DNA of 21,594 bases from Snowella sp. (GCA_035285545.1 JAYKGY010000060.1:1-21594), one strand, 5' to 3'; shown: positions 1 through 8,873, numbered from the stretch's first letter. Notes: generated by a model from the sequence alone, not told the origin. Program-made: numbers and translations.

Positions 1-153
1 TCGCTTTTGCCATTCCTTTAAGTTGGTTAAATGGTTGTTTGAGTTTTTTGCTGATGGTCAAGTATTTGAGTTTCCAAAAATTCACGAGTATGGCTTTTTT
101 ACACAACTGGTTTAGGATTGCTATAGAGGGAACCGTAACCGAGGAATTAAACA

Positions 154-594
154 ATGGTTGCTGTAGAATCTAAACCCAATCTTTATGAAACTGATTATTA
201 TCTATGGTTAGAGAAAACGATTGAGGCTCTTCAGTCATCTAATTTATCCCAAATAGATTATCAAAATTTAATTGAGGAGTTAACGAGCTTGGGAAAAACT
301 GACCTAAGAACAGTTAATAGTTTAATCAAGCAAATTATTATTCATCGCTTAAAAATCGATTATTTACCTGACCGTGAACCTCGTAAACATTGGTGTAAAG
401 AAATTTTTAATTTTCAAGATCAATTATCAGATACTTTAACCGCTTTCCTACAAGCTAAGATTGATTTAGATGAGCTTTATCGTCGCGCAAAACGGCAAGT
501 GCTATTAGATTACGAAATTGAGCTTCCTGAAAGCTGTCCCTATTCTTTAAGCAATTTATTAACGGATGATTTTGTAAAAAAGTCATTTAATTAA
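154..594 (+). CDS. DUF29 family protein
   Basis: N-terminal LYETDYYLWL...IDYQNLIEELTSLGK and C-terminal LPESCPY match the DUF29 family, which is expanded in cyanobacteria. GAGGAA RBS at 141-146. Confidence 0.9.
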   Translation: MVAVESKPNLYETDYYLWLEKTIEALQSSNLSQIDYQNLIEELTSLGKTDLRTVNSLIKQIIIHRLKIDYLPDREPRKHWCKEIFNFQDQLSDTLTAFLQAKIDLDELYRRAKRQVLLDYEIELPESCPYSLSNLLTDDFVKKSFN

Positions 595-682
595 TAGTTC
601 ACCGATTAAAAAATATGTTATATTCCAAATTATTAGGAGGCATTGCCTGAAAAATTAGCAACAAAACTTAATAAATTAATTT

Positions 683-1195
683 ATGACATTCTGGGAAAAG
701 CTTTGGGGACAGTTAAATACAAATATTACGATCAATTGGACAGAAACGGTTCCTGATGAGCTTAAAACACATCCCAACTTTGCTGCTGCTGTAGCTCTCA
801 GTCGTGCTTATCGCTTCATTGAAGAAAATCAGTTAGAGGACGCTCTTATTGCTTCAGAAGAAGCCTTAAGCATTGCTCCAACTCTTGAAATTGACTTTGG
901 TTTTTGGTATAGACTTTGTTATTAAGGTTGCTTAAGTGGATTAGCCGCGACCAATGAGCAAATTGTTAAAGCAGGAAGTCAAGCACTTCAGGAAATAAAA
1001 CATTCCATAACATACTTTTGGCGAGGCGTTGCCAACAGTTTACGGGGCAATTTAACCGATGCAATTACGGATTTAGAAAAATCGTTGGCCGAAAACGCCT
1101 TTTCTCCAGAGCAAGTTCAAAAAGTGCGAGGCTATCTCGTCAGTTTACAATCAGGTCAAAATCCTTTTACTCCCGATATTTTAAAGGAATGGTAA
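683..1195 (+). pseudogene. TPR-repeat protein interrupted by one in-frame TAA (codon 81, 923-925)
   Basis: The frame stays open after the TAA: GCLSGLAATNEQIVKAGSQALQEIKHSITYFWRGVANSLRGNLTDAITDLEKSLAENAF...LKEW, ending at TAA 1193-1195. TPR-like helices occur on both sides of the stop (LEDALIASEEALSIAP; YFWRGVA...G...AITDLEKSL). Confidence 0.8.
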
Positions 1196-1280
1196 TTTGC
1201 TAAAGATGCTATTGATTAATTTCTGAAAGCACATTTATTATTTTTCAACTTTGCTGTTGAAGACAGTTTTGGATTGGACT

Positions 1281-1868
1281 TTAACAGTGATGCCAAAATT
1301 GATCAATCTGTTTATAAAGAAATTCGCGATCGCGGCTATTGTCTAAAACGACATTGGCTTGAGCAATCTTATCGGTGAGAGGTAGTTGATTCTGAATCCG
1401 CGCGATCGCCTGTTGTTCGGTTAAGGAATTGCGTTGTATCAATCGTTGAATTTGTTGCTCAAATGGGCAAGAAACCACCCAAATTTCCGTGACTAAATGG
1501 GTTAACTGGGCCTCGAATAACAACGGAATTGATAGGACTAAAACAGGGTCAGTTAAATTTTTAATTTGTTGCTGAAAACAATCTCTAACATAGGGGTGAA
1601 TTTGGGATTCTAGCCATTGTTTTTCGGCTAAATCATTAAAAATAATATCCCCTAACTTAGTTCGGTTTAATTCCCCATTTTCTAACAAAATTTTTTGGCC
1701 ATAACGTTCCGCAATCTTGTTAAGAATAGGAGAACCTTTTTTAACCGCTTCTTTGGCGTAATGATCCGCATCGAGAATAGGGCAATGATAGCGATCGCGT
1801 AAATAATCTGATACCGTTGTTTTTCCTGTAGCAATTCCCCCTGTTAAGCCAATTAACCGTTGATTCAT
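1281..1868 (-). CDS. coaE: Dephospho-CoA kinase
   Basis: [14 protein letters not shown]-loop, ILDAD, IHP, IPLLFE and R...Q motifs; 195 aa. Confidence 0.97.
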   Translation of the reverse strand: MNQRLIGLTGGIATGKTTVSDYLRDRYHCPILDADHYAKEAVKKGSPILNKIAERYGQKILLENGELNRTKLGDIIFNDLAEKQWLESQIHPYVRDCFQQQIKNLTDPVLVLSIPLLFEAQLTHLVTEIWVVSCPFEQQIQRLIQRNSLTEQQAIARIQNQLPLTDKIAQANVVLDNSRDREFLYKQIDQFWHHC

Positions 1869-2845
1869 AGATCAATATCCACATTCAGCGCAGGATTACT
1901 TTCCCAGCGATCGGCAACGTGGGCATAAATAGCGGTTGTCCTGGGATCGGCATGGCCCAAGAGATCTTGCACCTGTCGCAGTTCTGCCCCAGAGCGTAAA
2001 GCTAGAGTTCCTGCGGTGTGGCGCAAACTGTGGGTAGAAATCACTCGCCCTGGCATATATTTCAAAGCCGTTTCGTTGAGATAACTATCCACAATTAAAC
2101 GAATGCCCCGTCGAGAAATTCGCTGATTTTTAGCCCGATTTCCCACTGCAATAAATAAAGGACTACTGGGTTTTAATCGTTCTCCCGCTTCAGTTCGGAG
2201 GGTTAAATAGTTTAATAACACATTTGCTAAATCGGGGGTTAGGGGCACAATGCGAATACTGCGCTTTCCTTCGACTCGAATCCCGTAATTACTCCCCTGT
2301 TTAACCACATCTTCAATATTGGCCCGATGGAGTTCGACCGTGCGGGGGCCTTCTAAGGCCATAATGGCGATTAAAGCCTTATCCCTAGCGGCTTTCAGGC
2401 TATGATCATCGGGAATGGCGGCTAATAAGGTCGTAACTTCTTCTTTTTCTAAATAATTAATATTGGCCGTGGTATCCCGTTTCGGTTTAGGGGGGCTAAT
2501 GCCTGCCGCCGGATTGGTGTTAATCAACCCCCGTTCTTGGGCTGCTTGATAAAAACGACGAACTACAGATAATTTGAGGGCAACGGTAGCGGGTTTAAGT
2601 TTACGGGAATCAATCAACCAACGGCGATAACGTTTAATATGTTCCCCCGTAATTTGGGCAGGGTCTAGGGTGCAGCTTTCACACCACAACAAAAATTGTT
2701 GGAGTTGACGACGATAGGTTATCAGGGTATCAGTTGCCGCATCCCCCGCACTGACATCGATCGCGAGAAAATCGGCGAAGGCTTCCAGTAAATCCGCTTG
2801 ACTAACACTATTGAGGGAAGAAGACGATAAGGCAATCGAAGACAT
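1865..2845 (-). CDS. XerC/XerD-like tyrosine recombinase
   Basis: SAM-like N-terminal domain ([25 protein letters not shown]) and a full catalytic set: R (GPRTVEL), K (GKR), HSLRH, LLGH and Y (TTAIY). Stop overlaps the coaE start (ATGA). Confidence 0.93.
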   Translation of the reverse strand: MSSIALSSSSLNSVSQADLLEAFADFLAIDVSAGDAATDTLITYRRQLQQFLLWCESCTLDPAQITGEHIKRYRRWLIDSRKLKPATVALKLSVVRRFYQAAQERGLINTNPAAGISPPKPKRDTTANINYLEKEEVTTLLAAIPDDHSLKAARDKALIAIMALEGPRTVELHRANIEDVVKQGSNYGIRVEGKRSIRIVPLTPDLANVLLNYLTLRTEAGERLKPSSPLFIAVGNRAKNQRISRRGIRLIVDSYLNETALKYMPGRVISTHSLRHTAGTLALRSGAELRQVQDLLGHADPRTTAIYAHVADRWESNPALNVDIDL

Positions 2846-3038
2846 TACTGCTTTTAATCAATAAATTTAATTGTAACGACGATTAAACCGATAGTATTGA
2901 TCCCCTGAAATTCATTCATGGGATTTCTGTAAAACGGGAATGATGGGTAGCTGTTCAAAATAATGATAGATATTCAGAGGGATAATGTTAAGGTTATAGT
3001 TTGAAATTACTATTCCTTAAAAACACCTAATTTGTCAG

Positions 3039-3770
3039 ATGACTTCTGATGCACCTATCCCTCAGACCCCCCAAATTCAACTGCAATCAGAAGCGGGAAA
3101 ACTTCTGCTGATTTTGCCACCGCCCCCGAAAACAACGGAGCCGACTCAGGATTGGCCCATTTTAGAACAGGCCCTCAAGGCCTATATCAAAACCAAACAG
3201 GGTACCTGGGAAAATGGCACTCCACTCTATTTGGTCGCTCAAGACCGCCTGTTAGATGTGCGTCAACTCCAAGCGATCGCCGATATTCTGCAAGAAGTTC
3301 ACCTTAATCTGAGTTCAGTACAAACCCATCGTCGTCAAACCGCGATCGCGGCCGTGACCGCAGGTTATTCCGTCGATCAAACACCCCGTTTACCCACCTT
3401 ATTAACACCTGATCCCGCTAGTACCCTCGCGCCTCCCTTATATTTAACGAGTCCTGTGCGTTCAGGGATCGAAATCCGTCATCCAGGTAACGTCATTTTA
3501 ATTGGGGATGTCAACCCAGGCGGCGGGATTATTGCCAATGGGGATATTTTGATTTGGGGAACCCTACGGGGAACGGCTCATGCAGGGGTAGACGGCAATC
3601 GAGAAGCCATTATCATGATTTTGAGACTGGCGGCTAGTCAGTTACGGATTGCTGACCTAGTGGCCAGGGTTTCTACGGAAGTTGCCGATCAAGGAGAACC
3701 CGAAGTAGCGTATATTACTCCTGACGGGATACGTCTCACCTCGGCCCGAAGTTTTAAACGGCTCAAGTAA
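3039..3770 (+). CDS. minC: Septum site-determining protein MinC
   Basis: C-terminal beta-helix VRSGIEIRHPGNVILIGDVNPGG...GDILIWGTLRGTAHAG; lies directly upstream of minDE. Confidence 0.96.
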   Translation: MTSDAPIPQTPQIQLQSEAGKLLLILPPPPKTTEPTQDWPILEQALKAYIKTKQGTWENGTPLYLVAQDRLLDVRQLQAIADILQEVHLNLSSVQTHRRQTAIAAVTAGYSVDQTPRLPTLLTPDPASTLAPPLYLTSPVRSGIEIRHPGNVILIGDVNPGGGIIANGDILIWGTLRGTAHAGVDGNREAIIMILRLAASQLRIADLVARVSTEVADQGEPEVAYITPDGIRLTSARSFKRLK

Positions 3771-3846
3771 AGTTCAAAAATCAATTTTGATCGTAAACTG
3801 TTCACAAACGACTAACGCATAATAATCAATTATTAGCTGCTGCACT

Positions 3847-4647
3847 ATGACTCGTATTATTGTTGTTACTTCTGGAAAAGGTGGTGTTGGGAAAACGACA
3901 ACAACTGCTAACTTAGGGGCTTCCCTCGCGCGTTTAGGGAAAAAGGTTGCGCTGGTCGATGCGGATTTTGGTCTCCGTAATTTAGATTTACTCTTAGGGT
4001 TAGAACAACGGATTGTTTACACGGCGATCGATGTCTTAGCAGGAGATTGCACCATTGATAAGGCCCTAGTAAAGGATAAACGCTTACCCAATTTAGTCTT
4101 ATTACCTGCGGCTCAAAATCGTTCCAAAGATGCCATTAATGCGGAACAAATGCAATCTTTAGTGGATCAACTGGTGAAAAAGTTTGACTACGTAATTATT
4201 GATTGTCCTGCGGGGATTGAAATGGGTTTTAGGAATGCGGTATTGCCCGCTCAGGAAGCCATTATTGTGACGACCCCTGAAATGTCGGCGGTGCGAGATG
4301 CCGATCGCGTCATTGGATTATTGGAAGCTGAAAGTATTGAACGCATTAGTTTAATCATCAATCGTCTGCGACCTGAAATGGTGCAACTCAATCAAATGAT
4401 TGGCGTAGAAGATATTTTAGAATTGCTGGCGGTTCCCTTGTTAGGGATTGTCCCAGATGACCAAAAAATCATTATTTCCACCAATAAAGGAGAACCCTTA
4501 GTATTAGAAGAAAAATTATCAGTTCCGGGTCTGGCTTTTCAAAATATCTCTCGACGCTTAGAAGGACAAGATATTCCTTTCCTCGATTTTATGGCGGCCC
4601 ACAATAGCCTATTAAGTCGCATTCGTCGTCGCTTTTTTGGAGCTTAA
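3847..4647 (+). CDS. minD: Septum site-determining ATPase MinD
   Basis: Deviant Walker A SGKGGVGKTT, DADFGLRNLD, IDCPAG and a C-terminal amphipathic helix LLSRIRRRFFG. Confidence 0.98.
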   Translation: MTRIIVVTSGKGGVGKTTTTANLGASLARLGKKVALVDADFGLRNLDLLLGLEQRIVYTAIDVLAGDCTIDKALVKDKRLPNLVLLPAAQNRSKDAINAEQMQSLVDQLVKKFDYVIIDCPAGIEMGFRNAVLPAQEAIIVTTPEMSAVRDADRVIGLLEAESIERISLIINRLRPEMVQLNQMIGVEDILELLAVPLLGIVPDDQKIIISTNKGEPLVLEEKLSVPGLAFQNISRRLEGQDIPFLDFMAAHNSLLSRIRRRFFGA

Positions 4648-4695
4648 ACCTAAGAATAGCTTCATCACAAAATTCAGTTTCAATGGGGAAATGTA

Positions 4696-4974
4696 ATGAT
4701 CTTAGAACTCATCGAACGCCTGTTTGGGCGGGGTAGCAATAAAAGTGGAGAGGATGCCAGACGTAGACTCAAGCTGGTTATTGCCAATGATCGGTCTGGT
4801 TTGAGCCAGGAAATGTTGGAAATGATGCGTCGGGATATCCTCGAAGTGGTGAGCCGCTATGTGGAAATTGATTCCGAAGAAATGGAATTGTCGTTAGAAA
4901 GCGATCAACGGATGACAGCTTTAATTGCCAATTTACCAGTACGGAAAGTCAAACGGAAACGAACAGTATCCTAA
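4696..4974 (+). CDS. minE: Cell division topological specificity factor MinE
   Basis: ARRRLKLVIANDR and DILEVVSRYVEID; follows minD. Confidence 0.97.
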   Translation: MILELIERLFGRGSNKSGEDARRRLKLVIANDRSGLSQEMLEMMRRDILEVVSRYVEIDSEEMELSLESDQRMTALIANLPVRKVKRKRTVS

Positions 4975-5077
4975 GCTATTCGGGGATGAACGATCAGCGA
5001 TCGCGGCTAAGTTAGCGGTGAACTTTACTGTGTTTTCGAGCGTTTATTGCCATTAAATTCAACATTACGGGGAACTT

Positions 5078-6247
5078 ATGCGAATTTTTATCAGTACGGG
5101 AGAGGTGTCGGGCGATCTCCAAGGCTCGATGTTGGTAGAAGCCCTCAAACGTCAAGCCACTGAACGAGGAATTGCCCTAGAAATTCAGGCTCTCGGTGGT
5201 GAACTGATGAAAAAAGCTGGGGCTACGCTATTGGCCAATACAGCCGCCATTGGTTCGGTGGGGCTTTCGGAGGCATTGCGTTTTATTTTGCCCACCTGGA
5301 AAATTCAACAACGGGTGAAAACCTATCTTAAAGATAATCCCGTTGATGCCCTAATTTTAATCGATTACATGGGCCCGAATTTAGCGATCGCTAAATATAT
5401 CCGTCAATATTATCCCCAATTACCGATTATTTACTATATTGCGCCCCAAGCCTGGGTCTGGTCACCGACTGCGAAAGATACCCAAGAGATTGTTAATATT
5501 ACGGATCGCTTACTGGCCATTTTTCCTGAAGAAGCTAACTTTTTTAAAGCAAAAGGTGTGAATGTAACCTGGGTGGGTCATCCCCTTTTAGACCGCATTG
5601 CCAGAGCACCTAACCGAGAAGAAGCTCGAAAAAACTTAGGCATTACCCCCGATCAGTTAGCCGTTGCCTTGTTACCCGCCTCCCGCATTCAAGAGTTGAA
5701 ATATCTCTTACCCGTTATTTGTGAAGCGGCTCAAAAATTACAAGAAAAATTACCCCAAGTTCATTTTTGGTTGCCCATTTCCCTCGAATCCTATCGCGAT
5801 CGCATTGAAGCAACCGTTAAAAGTTATGGGTTGAATGTAACCTTCCTTAAAGGCCAAACCCTAGACGCGATCGCCGCTGCCGATCTGGCCATTACCAAGT
5901 CAGGAACGGTGAATCTTGAAATTGCGCTGTTAAAAGTTCCCCAGGTCATTCTCTACCGTGTCAGCCCCTTGACCTGGTGGGTGGCTCGCAAGATTTTAAA
6001 ATTCAATATTCCCTTCGTTGCACCGCCCAATATCGTTCTGCAAAAAGCCGTTGTGCCGGAATTACTCCAAGACGCTGCTACCCCTGAAAATATTTTTCAA
6101 TCGGCTCTGGAAATTTTAACCCACACCGAATACCGTCAACAAATTCAAAACGATTACCAACAATTACAAATCACCTTGGGAGAAATCGGAGTCTGCGATC
6201 GCGCAGCCAAAGAAATTCTCGATTTTATTCCAACAACCCATCCCTAA
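5078..6247 (+). CDS. lpxB: Lipid-A-disaccharide synthase
   Basis: ISTGEVSGD, IDY, YYIAPQAWVW, IFPEE, VGHPL, LLPASR and KSGTVNLE motifs. Confidence 0.96.
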   Translation: MRIFISTGEVSGDLQGSMLVEALKRQATERGIALEIQALGGELMKKAGATLLANTAAIGSVGLSEALRFILPTWKIQQRVKTYLKDNPVDALILIDYMGPNLAIAKYIRQYYPQLPIIYYIAPQAWVWSPTAKDTQEIVNITDRLLAIFPEEANFFKAKGVNVTWVGHPLLDRIARAPNREEARKNLGITPDQLAVALLPASRIQELKYLLPVICEAAQKLQEKLPQVHFWLPISLESYRDRIEATVKSYGLNVTFLKGQTLDAIAAADLAITKSGTVNLEIALLKVPQVILYRVSPLTWWVARKILKFNIPFVAPPNIVLQKAVVPELLQDAATPENIFQSALEILTHTEYRQQIQNDYQQLQITLGEIGVCDRAAKEILDFIPTTHP

Positions 6248-6272
6248 AAAATAAAGCAGGGAAAGTCCCTGC
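6246..6272 (-). terminator. Intrinsic terminator of petF
   Basis: On the minus strand, GCAGGGA-CTT-TCCCTGC (6272-6256) is followed by TTTATTTTTT, about 36 nt after the petF stop. Confidence 0.75.
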
Positions 6273-6308
6273 CCTACATCCAAAAAGAATTTTAAATTCT
6301 GAAAGAGC

Positions 6309-6668
<360 letters not shown>

Positions 6669-6711
6669 TCAAAAAATCTCTCTACACTTCGCGAATAAAA
6701 TTCACCCTTTG

Positions 6712-6717
6712 ATACTA
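6712..6717 (-). promoter_or_regulatory. Putative -10 box (TAGTAT) of petF
   Basis: Minus-strand TAGTAT about 110 nt upstream of the ATG fits the cyanobacterial TANNNT consensus. The transcription start is inferred, not shown. Confidence 0.45.
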
Positions 6718-6910
6718 CGAGAAAACCCTTCCCTATTTAACTGATCATTAGAAAAGAAATTCCAAACCAGACTTATAATAACTTTTGCTTATAACATTTT
6801 TGGGCAGCTTCAAAGAGATTTTTCAATCCTTTCTCTTTAGCTTTATCAAGACTAGCGGTATCTTTTAGAACCAGAAGTATCTTAACCTGTTGATAAATTT
6901 CGTTTATAAA

Positions 6911-6927
6911 TTGAGAGAGATTCTCAA
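6911..6927. promoter_or_regulatory. Fur-family-like inverted repeat TTGAGA-GAGAT-TCTCAA
   Basis: TGAGAGA-G-ATTCTCA matches 12 of 14 positions of a 7-1-7 TGAGAAT-N-ATTCTCA Fur-type box. It lies between petF and the methyltransferase gene. Confidence 0.35.
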
Positions 6928-7052
6928 AAACATTTTACCCATGTTCTCCTTGGCTCTCCTCCTGATTCAGACACAACACCCGATCTCTTCTACTCCATTC
7001 TCCATTTGGCATTCCGTCAATACCAAAATAGGACAATTTATCAATATTAACC

Positions 7053-7865
7053 ATGAGTACTGTAATTAAAAGCCCTTTACGCTATCCAGGGGGGAAGCAA
7101 AAAGCGATTAACCAAATTATTCCCCATATTCCTAAAAAAATCACTGAATATCGAGAACCTTTTATTGGGGGTGGTTCCGTTTTCTTGGCCGTTAAACAAC
7201 GGCTTGAAACCCAAATTCAAACCTATTGGATTAATGATCTCAATTTTGACCTATATTGCTTTTGGATTGCCGCACAGAATGAAATGCAACAACTAGTTGA
7301 GCAAATTACGCACATAAAAGCGAATACTATCGACGGGAGGGCACTCTTTCAGCAACTTACGGAGGAGAATTCTTTGTTAAACGAATTTGAGCGGGCTGTT
7401 CGTTTTTTTGTCCTCAACCGGATTACCTTCTCTGGAACCGTTGATTCCGGTGGCTATTCTCAACAAGCCTTTGAAAAACGTTTTACCCATTCCTCAATTG
7501 AACGATTATTCAAACTCGCTGGCTGTTTAAGCTCTGTGATGATCACGAATCAAGATTATGAAAATGTGGTTTCGACAGAAGGAACCGATGTTTTTATCTT
7601 TCTTGATCCGCCCTACTTAGCAGCAACGAAATCAAAACTGTATGGACGGAAAGGATCACTGCACACGACGTTTGATCATCAACGCTTTGCTGAAATCATG
7701 AAAAAGTGTCCCCATCAATGGCTGATTACCTATGATGATTCTCCCGAAATTCGAGAATTATTTAGTTTTGCCCATATTACCGAATGGACACTTCAATATG
7801 GAATGAATAACTATAAACAATCCTCTGCGGCCAAGGGGCAGGAGTTATTCATTAAAAATTATTAG
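7053..7865 (+). CDS. D12-class N6-adenine DNA methyltransferase (Dam-like), specificity unknown
   Basis: KSPLRYPGGK, motif I YREPFIGGGSVF, INDLN, catalytic DPPY and terminal ELFIKNY. Confidence 0.93.
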   Translation: MSTVIKSPLRYPGGKQKAINQIIPHIPKKITEYREPFIGGGSVFLAVKQRLETQIQTYWINDLNFDLYCFWIAAQNEMQQLVEQITHIKANTIDGRALFQQLTEENSLLNEFERAVRFFVLNRITFSGTVDSGGYSQQAFEKRFTHSSIERLFKLAGCLSSVMITNQDYENVVSTEGTDVFIFLDPPYLAATKSKLYGRKGSLHTTFDHQRFAEIMKKCPHQWLITYDDSPEIRELFSFAHITEWTLQYGMNNYKQSSAAKGQELFIKNY

Positions 7866-7967
7866 GATTGACAGAATCTACAATTTAGAACGATAGAATC
7901 CATGTTTCAGACTATAATCTAATTTTTAGGCATTTGAGCAACCTGCTTTTTATCAATTATTAACCCG

Positions 7968-8849
7968 ATGACTCATTTTTCGTCCTTTCAATTCGACAGT
8001 ATTACGGTGGATGATCAGGGCAAGATTGTACAACGAAAAAATCTGACTAATCAATACTATTTAGAAGCCCTAGCGGATGGTGTTGCCTTAGCAATGGTGC
8101 TAGTTCCTGATGGGTCTTTTTTGATGGGATCGCCTGATACGGAGGAGGGTTATCATTCGTCTCAAAGCCCCCAACATCAGGTCAATATTTCTCAGTTTTT
8201 TATGAGCCGTTATCCGATCACCAAACTGCAATGGCAAGCCGTGGTCGCTTTACCCAAAGTGGCGCGATCGCTGGATCCCGATTGTTCCAATTTCACGACG
8301 GATCATAATCAACCCGTTGAACAGGTGACCTGGTATGACGCAGTAGAATTTTGTCAGCGATTAGCGCAATTCACCGGAAAACCCTACCGTTTACCCAGTG
8401 AAGCCGAATGGGAATATGCCTGTCGTGCCCAGACCCAAACCCCTTTTCATGTAGGAGAAACAATAACAACTGAGATTGCTAATTATTCGGGGGTTGATTG
8501 GGAATATTTGGGAAAAGTTTGCAGTAAAGGTTCCTACGGTTCTGGCCCATTGGGCAGCGATCGCCGAGAAACGACTCCTGTTGGATCGCTGAAGCGTTAC
8601 AACGATTTTGGATTAGGAGATATGCACGGTAATGTGCGGGAATGGTGCGCCGATCCCTGGCATCGCAATTATGTCAACGCGCCTACGGATGGTCGGGTTT
8701 GGTTAGAAAATGGGGATGAAAGCAAACGGGTGATCCGAGGCGGTTCATGGAATCGTTCCCCGCAAAAGTGTCGTTCTGCCTACCGCGATCGCTTTGATCC
8801 GAATGCTTCCCTTTATGACATTGGTTTTCGAGTTGTCTGCCAGTTTTAA
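7968..8849 (+). CDS. Formylglycine-generating enzyme (FGE-sulfatase/SUMF1, CLec-fold) domain protein
   Basis: FLMGS, PVEQVTWYDAVEFC, RLPSEAEWEYACRA, FGLGDMHGNVREWC, RVIRGGSW and IGFRVVC. Confidence 0.95.
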   Translation: MTHFSSFQFDSITVDDQGKIVQRKNLTNQYYLEALADGVALAMVLVPDGSFLMGSPDTEEGYHSSQSPQHQVNISQFFMSRYPITKLQWQAVVALPKVARSLDPDCSNFTTDHNQPVEQVTWYDAVEFCQRLAQFTGKPYRLPSEAEWEYACRAQTQTPFHVGETITTEIANYSGVDWEYLGKVCSKGSYGSGPLGSDRRETTPVGSLKRYNDFGLGDMHGNVREWCADPWHRNYVNAPTDGRVWLENGDESKRVIRGGSWNRSPQKCRSAYRDRFDPNASLYDIGFRVVCQF

Positions 8850-8873
8850 GCGTTATCTAAAATAACCTCAAAA

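Noticed and set aside
1..168. Open minus-strand frame ending ...QLKGMAKA at the window edge
   Set aside because: It may be the start of a divergent gene (ATG at 13-11), but only four codons are visible and the SD spacing is poor.
1018..1203. 61-aa ORF in the track
   Set aside because: Wrong frame. The TPR-like continuation of the ORF at 683 explains this DNA.
2998..3011. AGT-N8-ACT as a cyanobacterial LexA box
   Set aside because: Three mismatches to RGTACNNNDGTWCB, including the core AC.
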